This document shows positions 18,362 through 28,630 of a stretch of 64,000 bases of DNA, piece by piece; the first letter of the stretch is position 1, and each line of letters starts with the position of its first letter. The notes beneath the pieces were generated by a model, which saw nothing but the letters and a program-made list of their open reading frames with translations, was not told where the DNA came from and ran no database searches. This stretch comes from Bacillota bacterium (GTDB lineage: Bacteria > Bacillota > Clostridia > Peptostreptococcales > Anaerovoracaceae), in assembly GCA_017394515.1 (NCBI GenBank), contig JAFPXY010000011.1, positions 29,550-93,549 on the forward strand. Reading direction: 5' to 3'. The translations under genes and the position numbers were made by a program.

Positions 18362-19963
18362 TTATTTCATCAGCACTTCGCCGGTCATCTCGGAAGGAAT
18401 GTCGATTCCCATGAGATAGAGGAGGGTGGGTGCCAGATCCGCCAGCTTGCCTTCTCCTGACAAGCCGTATTCATTGAACTTATGGCCTGCATCTCCTACA
18501 TAGCAGAGAGGCACGGGGTTGGTGGTGTGGGCTGTGAAGGGGTTTCCTTCAGCATCAAGCATCATGTCTGAGTTGCCGTGGTCCGCGGTAATCAGCAGCT
18601 GTCCTCCGACTTCCTCGATAGCAGACACGATCTCTGATACGCATCCGTCCAGAGTCTCCACAGCTTTGACTGCTGCCTCCATGACGCCTGTGTGGCCTAC
18701 CATGTCGGAATTTGCAAAGTTAAGTATGATCACATCATATTTGGATGAGCCATCCTCGCGACGAGCCAGGATCTCTTTGATGACCTGATCCTTGACTTCA
18801 GGCGCGCTCATCTCCGGCTGAAGATCATAGGTGGCTACCTTAGGGGAGGGCACCAAGATTCGATCTTCACCTGGATTGGGCTCTTCGACACCGCCGTTAA
18901 AGAAGAAGGTAACGTGAGCATACTTTTCGGTCTCGGCGATCCTTAACTGGCGAAGTCCCAGAGAGGAGATATATTCTCCCAGGGTGTTTTCAAGCCTCTT
19001 AGGAGGGAAGGCGATTTCCACGTTGGGCATCTCGGCGTCGTACTGAGTCATGCAGACATAAACCAGATCGTTGATGACTTTCTTTCTGGTGAAGCCGCCC
19101 ATGCCGCCTTCGGAAACGGGCTTCTCGAAGTTAGGATCCACGAAGGCTCTGGTGAGCTCGCGAGCTCTGTCCGGTCTGAAGTTACAGAATATGATGGAAT
19201 CTCCATCTTTGACCCAGGCGTCCTTGCAGGTCATGGCTGGAAGAATGAATTCATCAGTTATATCCACATCGTATGATGCCTGCACCAGATTCATGGCGTT
19301 GGAGCCGGGTGTATAGGCGACGATCCCGGGAATGGTAAGGGTATCATAGGCTTTCTCCACTCTGTCCCATCTCTTGTCACGGTCCATGGCGTAGTATCTG
19401 CCGGAGACCATGCCCACGTGGCCAAGCTGAACCTTAGCCATGTAGTTCTCGATCTCGTGGATATATCCGATACCTGAAGTAGGGGGCACATCTCGTCCGT
19501 CCATGAAGCAGTGGACGTAGAGATTAGGCACGCCCTTGGCTTTGGCCATGGCAATAGCAGCCTTGATGTGGTCGATGTGGCTATGGACACCTCCGTCGGA
19601 CATGAGGCCGAAGAGGTGAAGGGCCTGCTCGGGATTTTTGGTGGAGTTTTCGATGACATGATCCATGGCATGGTTCAGAGCATCGTTCTCAAAAAATCTG
19701 CCATCCTTAGTGGCCTTGGTTATGTTGGTGAGCTCCTGATATACGATGCGGCCTGCACCGATATTCAGGTGGCCGACTTCAGAGTTTCCCATCTGACCGT
19801 CGGGTAGCCCCACGTATTCTCCGGAAGCATTTATCTGAGTAAAAGGATGTCCTCCGAAGATCCTGTCCAGGTTCGGAGTATTGGCTTGCTTGATGGCATT
19901 GCCGTACGTTTCGGGGTTGATCCCGAAACCATCCAGTATCATAAGCATTGTAGGTGTTTTCAT
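18362..19963 (-). CDS. gpmI: 2,3-bisphosphoglycerate-independent phosphoglycerate mutase
   Basis: The N-terminus MKTPTMLMILDGFG and metalloenzyme domain motifs are present. The start at 19963 is preceded by a GGAGAT RBS. Confidence 0.88.
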   Translation of the reverse strand: MKTPTMLMILDGFGINPETYGNAIKQANTPNLDRIFGGHPFTQINASGEYVGLPDGQMGNSEVGHLNIGAGRIVYQELTNITKATKDGRFFENDALNHAMDHVIENSTKNPEQALHLFGLMSDGGVHSHIDHIKAAIAMAKAKGVPNLYVHCFMDGRDVPPTSGIGYIHEIENYMAKVQLGHVGMVSGRYYAMDRDKRWDRVEKAYDTLTIPGIVAYTPGSNAMNLVQASYDVDITDEFILPAMTCKDAWVKDGDSIIFCNFRPDRARELTRAFVDPNFEKPVSEGGMGGFTRKKVINDLVYVCMTQYDAEMPNVEIAFPPKRLENTLGEYISSLGLRQLRIAETEKYAHVTFFFNGGVEEPNPGEDRILVPSPKVATYDLQPEMSAPEVKDQVIKEILARREDGSSKYDVIILNFANSDMVGHTGVMEAAVKAVETLDGCVSEIVSAIEEVGGQLLITADHGNSDMMLDAEGNPFTAHTTNPVPLCYVGDAGHKFNEYGLSGEGKLADLAPTLLYLMGIDIPSEMTGEVLMK

Positions 19964-20082
19964 TTCTGATCTCCTATTACATATTTTCAGCGGTCTCTTA
20001 TGGGCCATGAATCATTATATCACAAAATTATTGGTTTCAAAAGATGTTAAATGAATGTATAATATATCTGTAGGTGAATAAT

Positions 20083-23000
20083 ATGAAATGGACAGATAAA
20101 CAATACAAAGCCATATATGACAGAGATAAGAATCTCCTGGTAGCGGCTGCTGCCGGATCAGGTAAGACCGCGGTTCTGGTTGAGAGGATCAAGCAGCTGA
20201 TCCTTAAGGATGGCTGCTCCCTTGACAGGATGCTTGTGGTGACCTTCACCAACGCGGCTGCTTCTGAAATGAAGGGCAAGATCGAGAAGGCCATCAGGGA
20301 CGAAATCGATACTTTAAGTGCTGATAATACCCAGGAGAGCAGGGATAAGACCGGGGTGCTCAAGAAGCAGCTTGACCTGCTTCCCATGGCACAGATCAGC
20401 ACCTTCCATTCCTTTGCCATGGAGATCGTGAGAAAGTTTTTCTTCACCATAGGCTGCGAGCCCAACTTCAAGATCTGCGATGAGGCAAACCGCGCTATTC
20501 TGGAAGGAAACGCCATGGATAAGCTCTTCGAAGGAAAATTTGAAGAGGGCGGACAGGAGTTTTTTGAGTTCCTCAAAAAATTCGGCGGCGCCAGAAATGA
20601 TAACAACGTTAAGGACATGATCTACTCTCTGAGCGCCAGACTGGAAGCCATGCCTTACCCTGATGAGTGGCTCAGGGAGAAGACCGAAGAACTCAGACTG
20701 GACGTGGAGGATTTAAACGATGCAGCTATCTTTAAGGAAATCTGGAATGATGCAGACCGCGTAATAAAGACCTGCATGTATGTCCTTTCAGAAAATCTGG
20801 AATATGCTCAGACCATGGGCTTGATAGGTGGTAATATTCCTGCATCCGACATGGCTAAACTTCAGGCCTTGATGGAAGTCTTTGATCTCAGGGATATGGA
20901 TAAAGTCAAGGACGCCATCAATGGGTTCAAGCTGGACAATCTTTCCAAGAAGTTCTTCAAGGAGGAGACAAATCCCGGCCTTACAGCCTTGGAACTTGAA
21001 GAGGCGAAGGAACACATAGAATACGGCAGAAACTACGTCAAAAAGGCTATAAAGGGCCTTGGAGACGACCTTTTCATAAGGAGTCAGGAAGAACTCGCAA
21101 AAGATATCCGCGCGACTTATGATGACGTGAGATACCTGGGAAGCCTCGTAAGGGAATTCAATGCTCTTTATCAGGAAGAGAAAAAGTCAAGAGGACTTAT
21201 GGATTTCAGCGATCTGGAGCATTATGCCTTTGAGATCCTGAAGAATGAAGAGGTTGCAGACTACTACAGAGATCATTTCGAATATATTTTTGTTGATGAA
21301 TATCAGGATTCCAATGTTTTGCAGGAAGCTCTCATCGGAAGGATAGCAGGAGAGAGAAATCTATTTACCGTAGGAGACGTCAAGCAGAGCATTTACAAGT
21401 TCAGACTGGCTGAGCCTGATATATTCAAGGAAAGATACAGAAAGTACAAGGAAGAAGCAATAAACCTCGGTGAAGAGAGCACCTCTGAAAAGATCGACCT
21501 GAATCAGAACTTCCGCAGTAAAATCTCCGTCATAAACTTCGTAAACGAAGTTTTCAGCGAGGCCATGGAAGGTTATGGAGAAGAGGAAGCACTTCATCCA
21601 GGCGACCCTCATGCCGATCAAGACAATTATGATCCCTGCCTTTTCTTGGCGGATGAAGACTGGAACGATGATGAGGATATCGATGATGCCATAAAAGACC
21701 TGAAGAAGACTGAGAAGGAAGCGCTCCTTGCGGTGAAGCTCATAAGGAGCTATCTTGGGAAGCCCATCTTTGATTCCAAGGCTAATGAGGAGAGGCCTCT
21801 TACCAAGAGAGATATCGTGATCCTCATGAGAGGCATCAAGGACAAGGGTGACATATTCTACAAGGTCCTCATGGAAAACAATATCCCATGCTATGTAGAT
21901 GATAACAAGGGGTATTTTGATACCATCGAGATCAACACCTTCATGTCCCTCATGGAGATAATAGATAATCACAAACAGGATGTGCAGCTTCTTACCGTCT
22001 TGAGATCTGAGATCCTGGATTTCGATATAGCGGAACTTGCTGAGATCAGAGCGGCCCACAAGGATGGCTCATTCTATGACAGTCTGAAGGCATATTCTGA
22101 AGAAGGTGAGTCCGGAGAGCTAAAGGAGAAATGCCTTAAAGCCTTAAACTCCATCACTTCCTGGCAGGAACTGGCCAGAGTGACTCCTTTGGAGGAGCTG
22201 GTTTGGACACTGATGATAGATACAGGATTCTACGCTGCCATGGGAGCCATGCCGGGAGGAGCCCTGAGACAGGCAAACCTGAGACTCCTAGCCGATAAGG
22301 CCCTGGATTACCGTAAGAACCAGAAGGGCGGACTCTATGGCTTCATCAAATATGTGGACCATATAAAGACTAAGGAAATAAAGATGGGACAGGCCAGGGT
22401 CATCAGCGAAGATGAGGATACCGTAAGGATCATGACCATACACCATTCCAAGGGTCTGGAATTCCCCATGGTCCTCCTCGCCGGATACACCAGAAAACTT
22501 GGTGGTGATTCCGGTAAGAGCAGACTTTGTCTGCATAAGGATCTGGGAATAGGTCTTTCAATAGTTGACCATGAGCATTTCTGGTACAGGGACACCATCC
22601 TTCAGACCCTCATAAAGAGGAGAGCGACCCTGGAGGAGAACGAAGAGGAAAAGCGTATCCTCTACGTTGCAATGACCAGAGCCAAGGATATTCTTCTAAT
22701 GACCGGAACTGCCAAAAACCCTGAGGAATCGGTGGACAAGGTGATGAAATCCCTTCCTAAGGACAGCACATATTTCGACATGACAGGGAAGACCATAGGA
22801 AGGTCCGCTTTAAGAATCGTAAAGGTCGATGACAGCGAACTGGCTAAGATCGCAGGGGTCCGCAAAAGATCCCTGTCACGGGCTTTGGAACTCCTTGACG
22901 GAGAAACCTTCACGCCGGATGAAGAGACGGAAAGGATCATGAGCTTCCGTTATCCTTATGATGACGAACTCAAGATCAAATCCAAGTATTCCGTAAGTGA

Positions 23001-23586
23001 GCTTAACCGCGGGGAACGCATCGAAGTACCGACCTTCGATCCTTCGGTTCCAAGACTCCCTGAAGAGTCCGGTTTAAGCGCGAGCCACAGAGGTACTGTG
23101 ACCCACAGCGTGCTGGAGAAGATGGACTTCTGCGGTATAGGAGAATTAGGCCCTGAAGAGGGCATAAAGGCTATAGAAGAGCTCATCCAAAATATGATCC
23201 AGGCAGAATCTCTCACAGAAGAAGAGGGCGCCTCGGTGAAGACAGACAGTCTCTATGAATTTGCAGTAAGCCCCTTAGGAAGAAGGATAGGAAAGGCGCA
23301 GGCTGAAGGAAGGCTCAGAAGAGAGTCGCCCTTTAATATCATCATGCAGGTTGAAGGGTCAGCCGCCATGGTCCAGGGTATAATTGACTGCTGGTTTGAG
23401 GAGGATGGTGCAATTGTCCTGGTGGACTATAAGACTACTGCACCGAGAAATGTGCCCGGTATAAGGGAACGTTACAAGGTCCAGATGGACATTTACAGAG
23501 ACGCTCTTATGAAGTCCACAGGGCTTAAAGTAAAGGAGACTTATCTCTATCTTACCAACCTGGGAGTCACCGTGGACATGAATTGA
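20083..23586 (+). CDS. addA: helicase-nuclease AddA (ATP-dependent helicase/nuclease subunit A)
   Basis: Has the UvrD-like N-terminus (LLVAAAAGSGKTAVLVERI ... VVTFTNAAASEM) and a C-terminal RecB-type PD-(D/E)xK nuclease motif (GIIDCWFEE...VLVDYKTT). No addB is adjacent. Confidence 0.85.
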   Translation: MKWTDKQYKAIYDRDKNLLVAAAAGSGKTAVLVERIKQLILKDGCSLDRMLVVTFTNAAASEMKGKIEKAIRDEIDTLSADNTQESRDKTGVLKKQLDLLPMAQISTFHSFAMEIVRKFFFTIGCEPNFKICDEANRAILEGNAMDKLFEGKFEEGGQEFFEFLKKFGGARNDNNVKDMIYSLSARLEAMPYPDEWLREKTEELRLDVEDLNDAAIFKEIWNDADRVIKTCMYVLSENLEYAQTMGLIGGNIPASDMAKLQALMEVFDLRDMDKVKDAINGFKLDNLSKKFFKEETNPGLTALELEEAKEHIEYGRNYVKKAIKGLGDDLFIRSQEELAKDIRATYDDVRYLGSLVREFNALYQEEKKSRGLMDFSDLEHYAFEILKNEEVADYYRDHFEYIFVDEYQDSNVLQEALIGRIAGERNLFTVGDVKQSIYKFRLAEPDIFKERYRKYKEEAINLGEESTSEKIDLNQNFRSKISVINFVNEVFSEAMEGYGEEEALHPGDPHADQDNYDPCLFLADEDWNDDEDIDDAIKDLKKTEKEALLAVKLIRSYLGKPIFDSKANEERPLTKRDIVILMRGIKDKGDIFYKVLMENNIPCYVDDNKGYFDTIEINTFMSLMEIIDNHKQDVQLLTVLRSEILDFDIAELAEIRAAHKDGSFYDSLKAYSEEGESGELKEKCLKALNSITSWQELARVTPLEELVWTLMIDTGFYAAMGAMPGGALRQANLRLLADKALDYRKNQKGGLYGFIKYVDHIKTKEIKMGQARVISEDEDTVRIMTIHHSKGLEFPMVLLAGYTRKLGGDSGKSRLCLHKDLGIGLSIVDHEHFWYRDTILQTLIKRRATLEENEEEKRILYVAMTRAKDILLMTGTAKNPEESVDKVMKSLPKDSTYFDMTGKTIGRSALRIVKVDDSELAKIAGVRKRSLSRALELLDGETFTPDEETERIMSFRYPYDDELKIKSKYSVSELNRGERIEVPTFDPSVPRLPEESGLSASHRGTVTHSVLEKMDFCGIGELGPEEGIKAIEELIQNMIQAESLTEEEGASVKTDSLYEFAVSPLGRRIGKAQAEGRLRRESPFNIIMQVEGSAAMVQGIIDCWFEEDGAIVLVDYKTTAPRNVPGIRERYKVQMDIYRDALMKSTGLKVKETYLYLTNLGVTVDMN

Positions 23587-23784
23587 GCAAAGCGTTGATT
23601 TACAACGTTAAAATGATAATAGTTGTACTGAAAAATAAACATCGTAAGTACTGTGTAGGCAGTGTTGACATTGACAATTGATAGTGTTAAAACTTAAGTA
23701 GTAAAGATTGTTAAAACGGTTCGTAAAGATAATTTTTTGCGGACCTGAAGCCAAAAACATTTTTATGAGAAAAGGAGATATGTA

Positions 23785-25155
23785 ATGGCTACATACGTAG
23801 AAAGAGTTATTGAAGAATGCAAAAAGAGAAACCCCGGCGAAGTAGAATTCCATCAGACAGTAGAAGAAGTTCTTACTTCACTTGCACCTGTTATGGACGC
23901 TCATCCTGAGTATGAGAAGGCTGCCCTTCTTGAAAGACTCGTAGAGCCTGAAAGAGGAATCACCTTCAGAGTAGTTTGGGAAGATGATGAGCATAACGTT
24001 CATGTAAACAAAGGTTACAGATATCAGTTCAATTCTGCAATCGGACCTTACAAGGGCGGTTTAAGATTTGCACCCAACGTATATCCCGGAATCATCAAGT
24101 TCCTCGGATTCGAACAGATCTTTAAGAATTCCCTTACCGGACTTCCTATCGGCGGCGGCAAGGGCGGTTCCGATTTCGACCCCAACGGTAAGAGCGATGC
24201 AGAGATCATGAGATTCTGCCAGGCTTTCATGACAGAGCTCTACAGACACATCGGTCCTGATACCGACGTTCCCGCAGGTGACCTTGGTGTAGGCGGAAGA
24301 GAGATCGGCTACATGTTCGGACAGTACAAGAGAATCAGAGACAGATTCGATGGCGGAGTTCTTACCGGAAAGGGAATCCCTTACGGCGGATGCCTCGGCA
24401 GAACAGAAGCTACCGGTTTCGGTATCGTTTGGTATGCAGAAGAGATGCTCAAGGCCAATGGCGAAGACATCAAGGGTAAGACCGTAGCTATCTCCGGATT
24501 CGGTAACGTATCCTGGGGTACTGCTTGGAAGCTTCAGCAGTTAGGAGCTAAGCTCGTAACTATTTCCGGACCCGATGGATACATCTATGATCCTGAAGGA
24601 ATCAGCACAGATGAGAAGGTTGCTTACCTCCTTGAACTCCGTGCTTCCGGCAAGAACATCTGCGCTCCTTACGCAGAGAAGTTCCCTGAAGCTACATTCT
24701 ATCCTGGAAAGAAGCCTTGGGGCGTATATCAGGATACCGGATGCAAGATCGACATCTTCATTCCTTGCGCTATGCAGAACGACGTTCACATGGAGCACGC
24801 AAAGCAGATGGTAGAGGGCGGCTGCAAGTTCTATTGCGAAGGAGCTAACATGCCTACTACAAACGATGCTCTTGCTTACCTCATGGAAAACATGATCGCT
24901 GTTGGACCTGCTAAGGCAGCTAACGCTGGCGGAGTTGCTTGCTCCTGCATCGAGATGGGACAGAACTCAGGCCACACCGTATTCCAGCACGAAGACGTTT
25001 ATGCACAGCTTCATCAGATCATGATTAACATCTACAACGCTTGCGCTAACGCAGGTGAGAAGTACTATGGTTCCAAGAACTGCCTGGTACAGGGTGCTAA
25101 CATCGCTGGTTTCGAAAAGGTTGCTGAAGCTATGATGGCTCAGGGACTTGTATAA
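23785..25155 (+). CDS. gdhA: NADP-specific glutamate dehydrogenase
   Basis: Shows Glu/Leu/Phe/Val dehydrogenase motifs (GGGKGGSDFDP ... GFGNVSWG); 456 aa. Confidence 0.88.
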   Translation: MATYVERVIEECKKRNPGEVEFHQTVEEVLTSLAPVMDAHPEYEKAALLERLVEPERGITFRVVWEDDEHNVHVNKGYRYQFNSAIGPYKGGLRFAPNVYPGIIKFLGFEQIFKNSLTGLPIGGGKGGSDFDPNGKSDAEIMRFCQAFMTELYRHIGPDTDVPAGDLGVGGREIGYMFGQYKRIRDRFDGGVLTGKGIPYGGCLGRTEATGFGIVWYAEEMLKANGEDIKGKTVAISGFGNVSWGTAWKLQQLGAKLVTISGPDGYIYDPEGISTDEKVAYLLELRASGKNICAPYAEKFPEATFYPGKKPWGVYQDTGCKIDIFIPCAMQNDVHMEHAKQMVEGGCKFYCEGANMPTTNDALAYLMENMIAVGPAKAANAGGVACSCIEMGQNSGHTVFQHEDVYAQLHQIMINIYNACANAGEKYYGSKNCLVQGANIAGFEKVAEAMMAQGLV

Positions 25156-25184
25156 ACCTAAGACACAATAACTTTAACATCTCC

Positions 25185-25215
25185 GGACGGTCCGCTTTAG
25201 CGGGCCGTCTTTTTC
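25185..25215 (+). terminator. intrinsic terminator after gdhA
   Basis: GACGGTCCGCtttagCGGGCCGTC followed by TTTTTCTT. Confidence 0.7.
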
Positions 25216-25249
25216 TTATCAACTAGGGGCCTAATGCCTCAAAAAGACC

Positions 25250-25279
25250 TTGCCAAACCCCCTGAAATGGGGGTATAAT
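25250..25279 (+). promoter_or_regulatory. sigma-A-type promoter for the mgtE leader
   Basis: TTGCCA, 18 bp, TATAAT. Confidence 0.45.
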
Positions 25280-25282
25280 TTT

Positions 25283-25528
25283 AATGTATAGTTATAAGTG
25301 GAAGTATGCCCTTTAAGTAGGACTATTATTTGAGTCGCGGCTTTTTAGGGCAGAATCCCCGAATTACAGAAGAAAGGAGCAAAAAACATGGATACTGTCC
25401 CCGATGGGAACCGAATACCGGTGCACTTGTGCAGAGTTATAAAAGCAGGCATGTTTTTTGCTGTTATCTGAGAGGATCTTTCGGTATTATCCTTGAGGCA
25501 AAAGACATAGCCGGAAAGGAGTAAGCCT
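25283..25528 (+). ncRNA. about 245-nt structured 5' leader of mgtE, possibly a Mg2+-responsive M-box-like riboswitch (weak sequence match)
   Basis: A long untranslated leader between the promoter and mgtE. It contains a terminator-like element (AGCAGGCATGTTTTTTGCTG) upstream of the RBS and only loose resemblance to M-box conserved segments. Confidence 0.3.
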
Positions 25529-26935
25529 ATGGATCAGATGATCATGCAGGACCGTGACCAGGCCCTGGAAGAATCCATAGAAAAGATTCTTGAACTCATA
25601 GAAGAAAAGAAATATTTCATGGCCCGCGATGAGATGCTCAAGTATAACGAGGCGGATATCGCGGAAATATTCGAGGAACTTTTTGATAACGAAGATATAC
25701 TTGAGAGTTCCATCGTAGTCTACAGATTGCTTCCCAAGGACATATCTGTAGAGGTGTTCTCATTCCTTCCTGTAGATGACCAGTTGAAGATCGTGGAAGT
25801 CATCACCACCAAGGAGTTGAACTACATCGTACAGGAACTGGACTTCGACGATAAGATCGATATTTTGGAGGAACTTCCCGCCAATCTCGTAAACACCATC
25901 CTCGAAAATACGCCTAAGGAGGAGCGACACCTCATCAATTCCTTCCTGAATTATCCCGATGACTGCGCGGGCTCCCTTATGACCCCGGAGTACATCAGCC
26001 TTGATAAGGATATGACCGTGGCGGAGGCCATGGCTCACATCAAGAAGGAAGGTATGGATGCTGAGACCATTTATACCTGCTATGTTAAGGACTGGGGCCG
26101 CAAACTCATAGGAATCGTATCTCTGTCCACTCTGGTCGTAAGTGAAGACCACATAAAGATCAGGGATATCATGCACTCCGACTTCATATACCTGAACGTA
26201 TATGATGACCAGGAAGAAGTAGCTGACCAATTCAAGAAATACGGCTTCCTTGCCATGCCTGTCGTGGATAAAGAGGGCCGACTGGTTGGAATCATCACCG
26301 TCGACGATATCATCGACGTAATCGAAGAAGAGAACACCGAGGATATCGAGCGTATGGCAGGTATCGTAGACGTTACCGATACCGCAGACAGCGACTATCT
26401 GGATATCAGCGTATGGCAGCACGCCAAGAACCGTCTGCCATGGCTTCTGATACTGATGGTAGCATATATTTTTACTGGTATGATAGTTACCTCCTTTGAG
26501 GGCAAACTTTCGAAGGTCATCAGCCTTGTTGCCTATATGCCCATGCTCATGGGTACAGGAGGAAATACAGGATCTCAGGCAGCCACCCTTATCATAAGAG
26601 GTCTGGCTACGGGAGAAGTGGATCTGGAGGATACCCTTAAGATCCTCTGGAAAGAGATAAGGATAGGCTTTGTGGTAGGACTGATCCTAAGCGCTTTCAA
26701 CTTCCTGAGAGTAGTGTTCCTGGATGGGCAGAGCACCATGATCGCGCTCACCATTTGCACTGCTATGATTTTTATAGTAACCTTTGCTAAAGTTCTGGGG
26801 TCCATGGTACCCCTTATCGTAAAAAAGATCAAATTAGACCCTGCGTTGATAGCAAATCCGTTTATTTCATCTATTTCGGACGCTGTGGCTCTGACGATAT
26901 ACTTCGCCATGGCTACGCTGTTCCTTGGACTTTAG
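25529..26935 (+). CDS. mgtE: magnesium transporter MgtE
   Basis: Has the MgtE N-domain, tandem CBS domains and a C-terminal 5-TM domain with the GTGGNTGSQAAT motif. Confidence 0.9.
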   Translation: MDQMIMQDRDQALEESIEKILELIEEKKYFMARDEMLKYNEADIAEIFEELFDNEDILESSIVVYRLLPKDISVEVFSFLPVDDQLKIVEVITTKELNYIVQELDFDDKIDILEELPANLVNTILENTPKEERHLINSFLNYPDDCAGSLMTPEYISLDKDMTVAEAMAHIKKEGMDAETIYTCYVKDWGRKLIGIVSLSTLVVSEDHIKIRDIMHSDFIYLNVYDDQEEVADQFKKYGFLAMPVVDKEGRLVGIITVDDIIDVIEEENTEDIERMAGIVDVTDTADSDYLDISVWQHAKNRLPWLLILMVAYIFTGMIVTSFEGKLSKVISLVAYMPMLMGTGGNTGSQAATLIIRGLATGEVDLEDTLKILWKEIRIGFVVGLILSAFNFLRVVFLDGQSTMIALTICTAMIFIVTFAKVLGSMVPLIVKKIKLDPALIANPFISSISDAVALTIYFAMATLFLGL

Positions 26936-26945
26936 AGGTGACGAC

Positions 26946-27809
26946 ATGAAAGAAATAACTAAAGAACTGGTAAAGAATTTCATACCCGAGCGTAAAGTCG
27001 ACACTCACAAGGGAGACTTTGGCCGCGTTCTGGTGATCGCCGGATCACGAACCATGACCGGAGCCTGCATTTTAGCTTGCGAGGCTGCTTTAAGATCAGG
27101 AGCAGGTCTTGTATATGCCTTGGTGCCTGATGAGATCATGGCTCAGGTACAGGTCGCTGTGCCTGAAGTCGTTATCAAAGAACGCAAACTTGGAGTTCCT
27201 GATTACAGCGAATACGACAGCGTGATCATAGGACCGGGACTGGCTGTGACGGATGAGGCTAAAGCTCTTGTGGGAGATGCTCTGGAGAGGGCAGAGTGCC
27301 CTATGGTACTTGACGCTGACGCGCTGAACATCATTTCCTACAATCACTGGCAGGATAGGATCAACGATCGCTGCCTGAGAGGTCTTGGAACGGTAATCAC
27401 CCCTCATATGGGCGAGGCGGCAAGGCTTCTTAAGGACGATAAGGACTTCGATTTCGAAGGTTCAGGCAGAGAAGAGATCCTGAATGAGCTTTATTATGTG
27501 ACCGGAGCTACGGTAGTTCTCAAGGGAAGACGCACCCTGGTAAGACCCATGTTCGGTGGATCCCTGGATCCTGTTTACGTTAACACCACCGGAAATCCCG
27601 GCATGGCTACAGCAGGCTCAGGAGATGTGCTGGCTGGAATCATCGGAGCCTTCCTGGGACAGGGCATCAAAAACGCGGTCGTGAGTGGAGTTTACATCCA
27701 TGGCCTTGCAGGCGATATTATGGCTGAAGAGGTGGGCGAATACAGCCTTATCTCCAGGGATATCTTAAAGGGCATCCCTAAAGCTTTTAATAATATTTTG
27801 GAGGAATAA
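26946..27809 (+). CDS. nnrD: ADP-dependent NAD(P)H-hydrate dehydratase (YjeF C-terminal domain)
   Basis: Carries the carbohydrate-kinase-like motifs GDFGRVLVIAGS ... GSGDVLAGIIGA. Confidence 0.8.
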   Translation: MKEITKELVKNFIPERKVDTHKGDFGRVLVIAGSRTMTGACILACEAALRSGAGLVYALVPDEIMAQVQVAVPEVVIKERKLGVPDYSEYDSVIIGPGLAVTDEAKALVGDALERAECPMVLDADALNIISYNHWQDRINDRCLRGLGTVITPHMGEAARLLKDDKDFDFEGSGREEILNELYYVTGATVVLKGRRTLVRPMFGGSLDPVYVNTTGNPGMATAGSGDVLAGIIGAFLGQGIKNAVVSGVYIHGLAGDIMAEEVGEYSLISRDILKGIPKAFNNILEE

Positions 27810-27811
27810 AA

Positions 27812-28630
27812 ATGGACTACAAACAGTTTGAGGAACTGGCTTCAAAGGTAAGAGTAGATATCATCAAGTCAGTTTTCGAAGCCGGATCAGGACATCCGGG
27901 AGGTTCTTTGTCATGTGCTGATATCATGACAGCTCTGTATTTCAAAGAGATGAATATCGATCCTGAGAATCCTCTCATGGAAGACAGAGACAGGCTGGTG
28001 CTTTCCAAGGGACATGCTTGTCCCGCTCAGTATGCAGCTTTAGCCGAGAGAGGTTACTTCCCCAAGGAAGAACTCAAGACCCTGAGAAAGCTGGGATCAC
28101 GACTTCAGGGTCATGCCAAGATGGGACTTGTTCCCGGAATCGAAATGTCCACAGGATCTTTGGGACAGGGATTCAGCGTTTCAGTAGGAATGGCTCTTGC
28201 CAACAAACTGGACAATAAAGAGGGAAGAGTCTATGCGATCCTTGGAGACGGAGAACTTCAGGAAGGCATAGTATGGGAAGCTGCCATGTCTGCATCCCAT
28301 TATCATCTGGACAACCTCTGCGCTGTAGTAGACTGGAACGGTCTTCAGATCGACGGAAAGAATGATGACGTCATGACCGTAAGGCCCATTGAAGATAAGT
28401 TCAGAGCCTTCGGATTCAATGTCATTTCCATAAACGGCCATGATTTTGCAGAGATATTTGATGCCTTTGATCAGGCCAGAGCCTGCAAGGGTCAGCCTAC
28501 GGTAATCGTAGCCTCCACCCACAAGGGCCACGGAGTTTCCTTCATGGAAGATCAGGCTGGCTGGCACGGCAAAGCACCTAACGAGGAACAGGCAAAACAG
28601 GCCGTAGAAGAACTGGGAGGTGAATGGTAA
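27812..28630 (+). CDS. transketolase, N-terminal subunit
   Basis: Has the TPP-binding region (GHPGGSLS; GDGELQEG) and the split-tkt architecture. Confidence 0.88.
   Translation: MDYKQFEELASKVRVDIIKSVFEAGSGHPGGSLSCADIMTALYFKEMNIDPENPLMEDRDRLVLSKGHACPAQYAALAERGYFPKEELKTLRKLGSRLQGHAKMGLVPGIEMSTGSLGQGFSVSVGMALANKLDNKEGRVYAILGDGELQEGIVWEAAMSASHYHLDNLCAVVDWNGLQIDGKNDDVMTVRPIEDKFRAFGFNVISINGHDFAEIFDAFDQARACKGQPTVIVASTHKGHGVSFMEDQAGWHGKAPNEEQAKQAVEELGGEW

Noticed and set aside
25330-25524. 64-aa ORF upstream of mgtE
   Set aside because: It sits within the structured 5' leader, lacks an RBS, and overlaps predicted hairpins. More likely non-coding leader sequence.
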